From Vicugna vicugna (lineage: Eukaryota): 64,000 nt of DNA. Each line of letters opens with the position of its first letter. Within the stretch, counting starts at the first letter, position 1. The DNA lies in NCBI GenBank assembly GCA_013265495.1, contig MU059072.1, forward strand, positions 4,720,936 through 4,784,935, given 5' to 3'. This document shows positions 59,060-64,000 of the stretch, in pieces. The translations under genes were made by a program, and so were the position numbers. The notes under the pieces were generated by a model. It worked only from the letters and a program-made list of their open reading frames with translations. It was not told the DNA's origin and searched no databases.

Positions 59060-60500
59060 AGCTCCCTCTTGTGTGCAAAACAGTAGATGCCACCTGCAGG
59101 GAGAGGGACTTACTCATATATTCATCTATTTCATCCACAGACTGATTAGTAAGTATATGCTGCATGTAGGGGATACAAAGATGGGAAGACAAAGTTCTCA
59201 CCCTTAAGGAAGTTAGAGCTAATGGGTTCTCAATGTTCCAACAATTAGAGTACACTACTGTGACTACTGTGATTATGGAGGTATGTTCAAAATGCAATCA
59301 GAACATTAGAGGTAGAAACATCCATACTGGCGCAGTGACGTCAGAGGAGGAAACACGAGCTGAGACTTGAAGGGTAAAGAGGATTTTGCCAAGGGAGTAA
59401 GACCATTCCAGGCAGAGGAAATAGCATATACAAAGGCATGAAGGCTTGAAAGGGCATGTCAGATTCTGGGAGAGGCCAGTAGTTTAGTAGCGCTAGAGAT
59501 TAGACTGGGCAAAAGATGGAGATGGAAGTGTAGGTGAGACTAGATCACAAAGGACTTTGCATGTGATAGTGAGAAGATCAGATTTAACCCAGAGCAAGGA
59601 AGTGAAATGATTATATTTGCTTGTTAAAAAAATTGTTCTGGCACCAAGCAAGATAGGGTGAGGTAAGGAAGGAAATGCATGGATGGTTTTGAGAAATATT
59701 TAGGAGGTTAGATGGTCCAGGTCTCTGGGTTGTTTGATTGAATTGGTGGTGATGCCATCGAAGAGACAAAGAAAGCAGAATAAAAAGCAGAGTGGAGACA
59801 GTGAATTCAGTTTGCGACGTGTCTAATTTGAGGCATCCAGGAACAGCCAAGTGAAAATGTCACAGAATAACTGGCCCTTTTGTGTTTGGAGCCCAGGTAG
59901 GTCTGTGTGGAGACATAGATTTAAGCATCGGCCATGGGAATGGATGAGCCTGCATAGGGAATCACAAAGAGTGCTAGAAAAAGAGAACCAAGACAGAATC
60001 CAGGGGAGCATATACATTTAAGAGGGGTGGAAGAACTAGCCAAGGGCCCATAGAAGGGATGGCCAAAGGCAGGAGGCCCAGGAAAACATGATGTCGTGGA
60101 AGTCCAGGGAGGAAGTCTAAAGAAAGAGGAAATACCACAGAGAGATCAAGAATGATGAAAAGCAAAAGTTTCCCTTCAGATTTAGCACTTGGTAACCTAA
60201 TGGAGAAGTTGAGGATGAGGAGGAGCCAGATTCATTCGGTTGAGGAGATAAGGCAGTGGAAATACATAGACTATTCTTCCAAACAGCCTGGCTGTGAAAG
60301 GGTTAGAGTGGGATAAGGTAGTAGCTGTAGGGGACCCAAAAGGTCAAGGGTAAGAGTCCCTTTTTGGTGTGTGTTCTTAAGACAGGAGAAATTTAAGCAC
60401 AGCCTTGAGAGAAGGAGTCAGCAGAGAAAGAGAAGCTGGAAAGTCACCAAAAGAAAGGGGGATAACTGATGAGAAAGGTGATGGTGAAGTCAGGAGTGAG
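59060..60500 (-). mobile_element. Long L2 remnant
   Basis: GAGCTGAGACTTGAAGG...CCATTCCAGGCAGAGGAAATAGCATATACAAAGGCATG; TTTGAGAAATATTTAGGAGG; GGTAGGTCTGTGTGGAGACATAGATTT. Confidence 0.8.
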
Positions 60501-60769
60501 GTCAGAGCCCAAGAGGAAAAGAGATAACCCATTTCTCTGGGATGGGAGAGTTGAAAAGTAAAGAAAAAAGCAAAACTTCATGTTAAAAATGAGACTCAGA
60601 TATTATCTGACTTACCCAAAAGACAGAACTGAAAGTTTAAACTGTCTGTCCCTTTGCCTCAGCCTGATACCATGCTATCCCCAAAAATAGCACCAGGAGG
60701 TGGCCAGCCTAGGAGGAGAGGGGGAGCCTGGGAGCTCCCGTGTAGCAACCATATTCACAGAATGTAGAA

Positions 60770-61190
60770 CTGGAATGGGACCTGGAGATCATCATACTCA
60801 ACTGCAGAGAAGGAAGCCAGGAAACAGGGAGGTTGTCATTTGCCTGTCCAGTTATACAATCAGTGAAGAACTGGAACTAGACCCAGAACTTATTCCAACC
60901 TGGGGTTCCCTCCAAGAAGGATTGGCAAAAGAGATAAATGGAGTAATGAAATGCCCCCTCCTTCCCAATCTGGTAGCTTCCATTTATTAACATCACTGTG
61001 TTTCAGGTATTCTTAACACTTTACAGGCACAATCTCACTTCATACTCACAATGACCCTATGACATAGGTAGACGTTATCATCATCCCTATTTTTAAAGTT
61101 AAACTAAGTCTCTACTGAGATCTTGTAACTTGCAAGAGGCAGAGGCAAAGGCAGAATTCAAATCCAGAGCTGCTTAACTCCCAAGCTTAT
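60770..61190 (-). mobile_element. MIR SINE fragments
   Basis: CATACTCACAATGACCCTATG...ATCCCTATTTT; AGAATTCAAATCCAG. Confidence 0.7.
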
Positions 61191-61297
61191 TTTTTCACTG
61201 TATCACTTAATGAGACACTACCTGGTCAGACTAGATTATGGAGCCTCTTGGGTACCAAGGCCCCAGTACAGATCATACACAGGAAAATGAAGAGCTG

Positions 61298-61475
61298 AGT
61301 TCATTGATTATAAGGTGCATTTTTTTCACATTTTTATATCTATGAAATTGAGATGTGTCTTACCAGCAATGGCTGTTGTGGTTTAATTGGCGGTGGGTTT
61401 TTTTCTTTCTTTCTTTGTAGTACATAAAATAATAGCATGTTTTCCAATCCATTCTGTCTGGATTTAATAAAACAC
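61298..61475. mobile_element. MER104-type TcMar-Tc2 MITE
   Basis: TTCATTGATTATAAGGTGCATTTTTTTCACATTTT...TGAAATTGAGATGTGTCTTA...GTTTAATTGGC...TACATAAAATAAT matches recalled MER104. Confidence 0.75.
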
Positions 61476-62220
61476 AATAAATTCAGGTGCCATTTTTCCC
61501 AACATCCTGTCTGCAAAGGGACAAACTGGAGCCAAACTAGCTCTGAGATCGGGGGATAGACAGAAAAGAGCTAAGGCAGGGTTTGAGCTGAAATGAGGCC
61601 TAGGAACTTAAAAGAAGGAGGCAGGCCGCTGTTGATGATGTGTGGGTAGAAGGACATCTGGCTTCGGCACAGTGCCTGGTGGAGGGCAGGGGCTCCTTCA
61701 GTGCTTATTGAAGTGAGCTCAGTTCAGCTTGATTGCTCTGGATTTGCAAGAGCAGGAGCCAGGGGGCTCGAGAAAGCTGGTCTGACCAGTGTGGGCAATG
61801 CTAGGCCTGGGAATCAGCCAGATGCTGACGTACTTAGCAGAGCTGTATGGCCTTTGTTCCTTTAGGGACTGAGGAGAAAAGCCAATCTTTTTGTAATCTG
61901 TGCCATCTTTCACCCTTAGGCCTTCCCTTGATAGTAAATATAGCTCTTTTTATGTTCTGTGATCTGTCTGATTGTGCCAGAGGCCTGAGGAGATAAAAGA
62001 GAGTTATATTTCTTAAGACAGTCCCAAAGGAAGTCAAGAAGCCTCGAGGGTAATGATGGCACTGATTTAGGGGAACTGAGGGCTAGGAAAGGAGCATGGG
62101 GTGACAGAGACTGATTGCCAAGACCCTCAGTCTCTCATAGCTAAAACATGGGGAGATGGTTGGCTGAGGGGCAGTGGAATGGCCGTAACAGTGGAGTCTG
62201 GAGAGCTCCAGAGAAGAGGG

Positions 62221-62300
62221 GTCTGGTTTATTGTCTGCTATATCTCCAGCACCAAGGACAGTGCCTGACACACGAGGGCACTCGATAAACACCTACGGTT
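62221..62300 (+). mobile_element. L2 3' end directly before the DUOXA1 ATG exon
   Basis: TATCTCCAGCACCAAGGACAGTGCCTGACACACGAGGGCACTCGATAAAC. Confidence 0.65.
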
Positions 62301-62336
62301 ATACAGCATCCGCTTCCTCTGCACAACCCCATCAAA

Positions 62337-62483
62337 ATGGCCGCTTTTGGACACACATTCCCCTTCTATGCTGGCCCCAAGCCGACCTTCCCAATGGACA
62401 CCACCTTGGCTGTAATCATCGCCATCTTTCTGACTTCACTAATCATCTTCATCATCATCCTGCCAGGCATTCGGGGAAAGATG
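62337..62483 (+). CDS. DUOXA1: DUOXA1 first coding exon
   Basis: AAAATGG Kozak; 147 nt; donor ATG|gtgaga. Confidence 0.94.
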
Positions 62484-64000
62484 GTGAGAAACAGAACCAG
62501 CCCTAGAGACCCCAGCCCTGGAGTCCCCAGCCCCAGAGAGACCTTAGGATCTATGTGAGGGGGCCAGACCTTCTGATTCTGATCAGACTCAGTTAAGAGA
62601 TTCTAGTCCTGAGAAAGTGTCACCCATGCCCTGATCCCCTCCTCCAGCCTCAGCAGAGAGCTCCCCACTCATGGATTCAGCAGATAATTATTGCATATCT
62701 CCTATGGGCCAGGCACTTTGATCTCAGTTTTAGAGACCTCAGTTTCAGGGTACTCTCCCTGAGTCTGGAAAGAGAAAGGGTAGACTTGGAAGCCCAATCC
62801 TAAACCCACCCACCCTGTGACGCAGAGGCTGTTCTGGATGCTGCGGGTGGTGACCAGCTTATTCATTGGAACTGTGATCCTTGGTGAGTGTGAGATGCAG
62901 CTGCCTCCATCCAGTTTGCTTCCCCCAGCAGCCGATCTCTCCTCTCTCATTTCCCCGTGGCAGCTGCTGCCTCAGGGTGGGCGTCCAGACCCTACGCATA
63001 CACCTCCCTCATCGAGGCCTTATTCCCTCACTGATACCTTTGCCCTGGGAGGTGCAGACCCAGAAAACCATGCTGGATGCATCTCTCCAACCTTCCTAAC
63101 ACTTTTATTCAGAGGAAAGCAGATCAAAAATGAATGTGTAGGGGGAAAGGATCTCTGGAGGCTAGAGGGAGAGAATGGTGGAGGGCTGCTTGTTTTGCTG
63201 TGGGGATTAGGCAATAGGAGAAAGAGAAAGTCCCTGTGTTGGAGCTATCTGTGCTTGCCCAGCATGGTTTATTATGCTAATGCTTTCTCCCCCCAGCTGC
63301 TTGAGTACCTATCCCTAAATGGGGGGAGGAAGGGAGGGAAGGGGTAAGAGGAGTATGACCAGGAAAAATCTTGGATTCTGACCCATTTATTTATTTATCC
63401 ATCCCATCTATATTGCTGGTAAACTGGCTATGAGCCAGGCCATGGGCTAGTTAATGGATGTACGATTATAAGCAAAACAGACATAGTCCGCTTGTAGCTC
63501 TGACTCTAACCCAGCCAAGCCCAGACCTCCCTAAGTTCCTGTATGTTCAATTCCCCAACCCTAGCTGCGAATTTCAGTTCTGAGTGGTCTGTGGGCCAGG
63601 TCAGCACCAACATGTCATACAAGGCCTTCAGTTCGGAATGGATCAGCGCTGATGTGGGGCTGCAGATTGGGCTGGGAGGAATCAACATCACGCTCACAGG
63701 TGAGGGGAAGCTCAATGTGAGGGAGAAGAAGCTCTGCTCTGTGTCTTTGGGATCTACGTTTGGTGCGGTCTAAAGAGTTACAGGATGGGGTGATGGTAGG
63801 AAGGGGAAGTCTCTTTGAGACCAGCACCTGTACCTCTTCCCAGCACGGTAAGCCTCTACTCAGGCAGATATCCACCCTGGCCCTTGGGTCCCTGCTGAGC
63901 ACAGCTGCCCCATTCCCCAGGGACCCCAGTGCAGCAGCTGAACGAGACCATCAATTACAACGAGGAGTTCACCTGGCACCTGGGGGAGAACTACGCTGAG
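62337..64000 (+). CDS. DUOXA1: Dual oxidase maturation factor 1, 5' part (continues past the window)
   Basis: join(62337..62483,62826..62883,63565..63699,63921..>64000). [23 protein letters not shown]...GIRGKM / [19 protein letters not shown] / [45 protein letters not shown] / [23 protein letters not shown] junctions in phase. Confidence 0.95.
62826..62883 (+). CDS. DUOXA1: DUOXA1 second coding exon
   Basis: acgcag|AGGCTG...CTTG|gtgagt; 58 nt. Confidence 0.94.
63375..63535 (-). mobile_element. L2 3' end
   Basis: CCATTTATTTATTTATCC...CTATGAGCCAGGC...AAGCAAAACAGACATAG. Confidence 0.6.
63565..63699 (+). CDS. DUOXA1: DUOXA1 third coding exon (N-glycosylation sequons NFS, NMS, NIT)
   Basis: ccctag|CTGCG...ACAG|gtgagg; 135 nt. 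Confidence 0.94.
63921..64000 (+). CDS. DUOXA1: DUOXA1 fourth coding exon (truncated by window)
   Basis: ccccag|GGACCCCAGTG; [26 protein letters not shown]. Confidence 0.92.

Overview
Eutherian mammal genomic DNA, probably laurasiatherian, covering the conserved SHF-DUOX1-DUOXA1 block. SHF (+, 7 coding exons, 3625-22353) lies tail-to-tail with DUOX1 (-, 33 coding exons, ATG 53963 to stop 25159). DUOX1 lies head-to-head with DUOXA1 (+, CDS from 62337, running off the window end) across a short bidirectional CpG promoter at about 55900-56050. I walked every visible exon by hand, and all three reading frames are open with valid splice junctions; one DUOX1 intron needs a GC donor (35060). At least four of the five N-runs (132-164 nt) sit on coding exons, and the fifth may hide an unannotated SHF exon. 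The repeats I recognised are all ancient (MIR, L2, old L1M, MER5A, MER104, hAT MITEs, CR1); I saw no young lineage SINE. The best second-look items are the exon-biased gaps, an orphan CpG island between the two poly(A) sites, UG repeats at a DUOX1 donor and in its 3' UTR, a candidate DUOX1 poison exon, a decayed minisatellite in the last DUOX1 intron, and DUOX1 substitutions near regulatory and FAD/NADPH sites. I found no clearly new biological system. Comparisons with human proteins are from memory and TE family calls are by eye.
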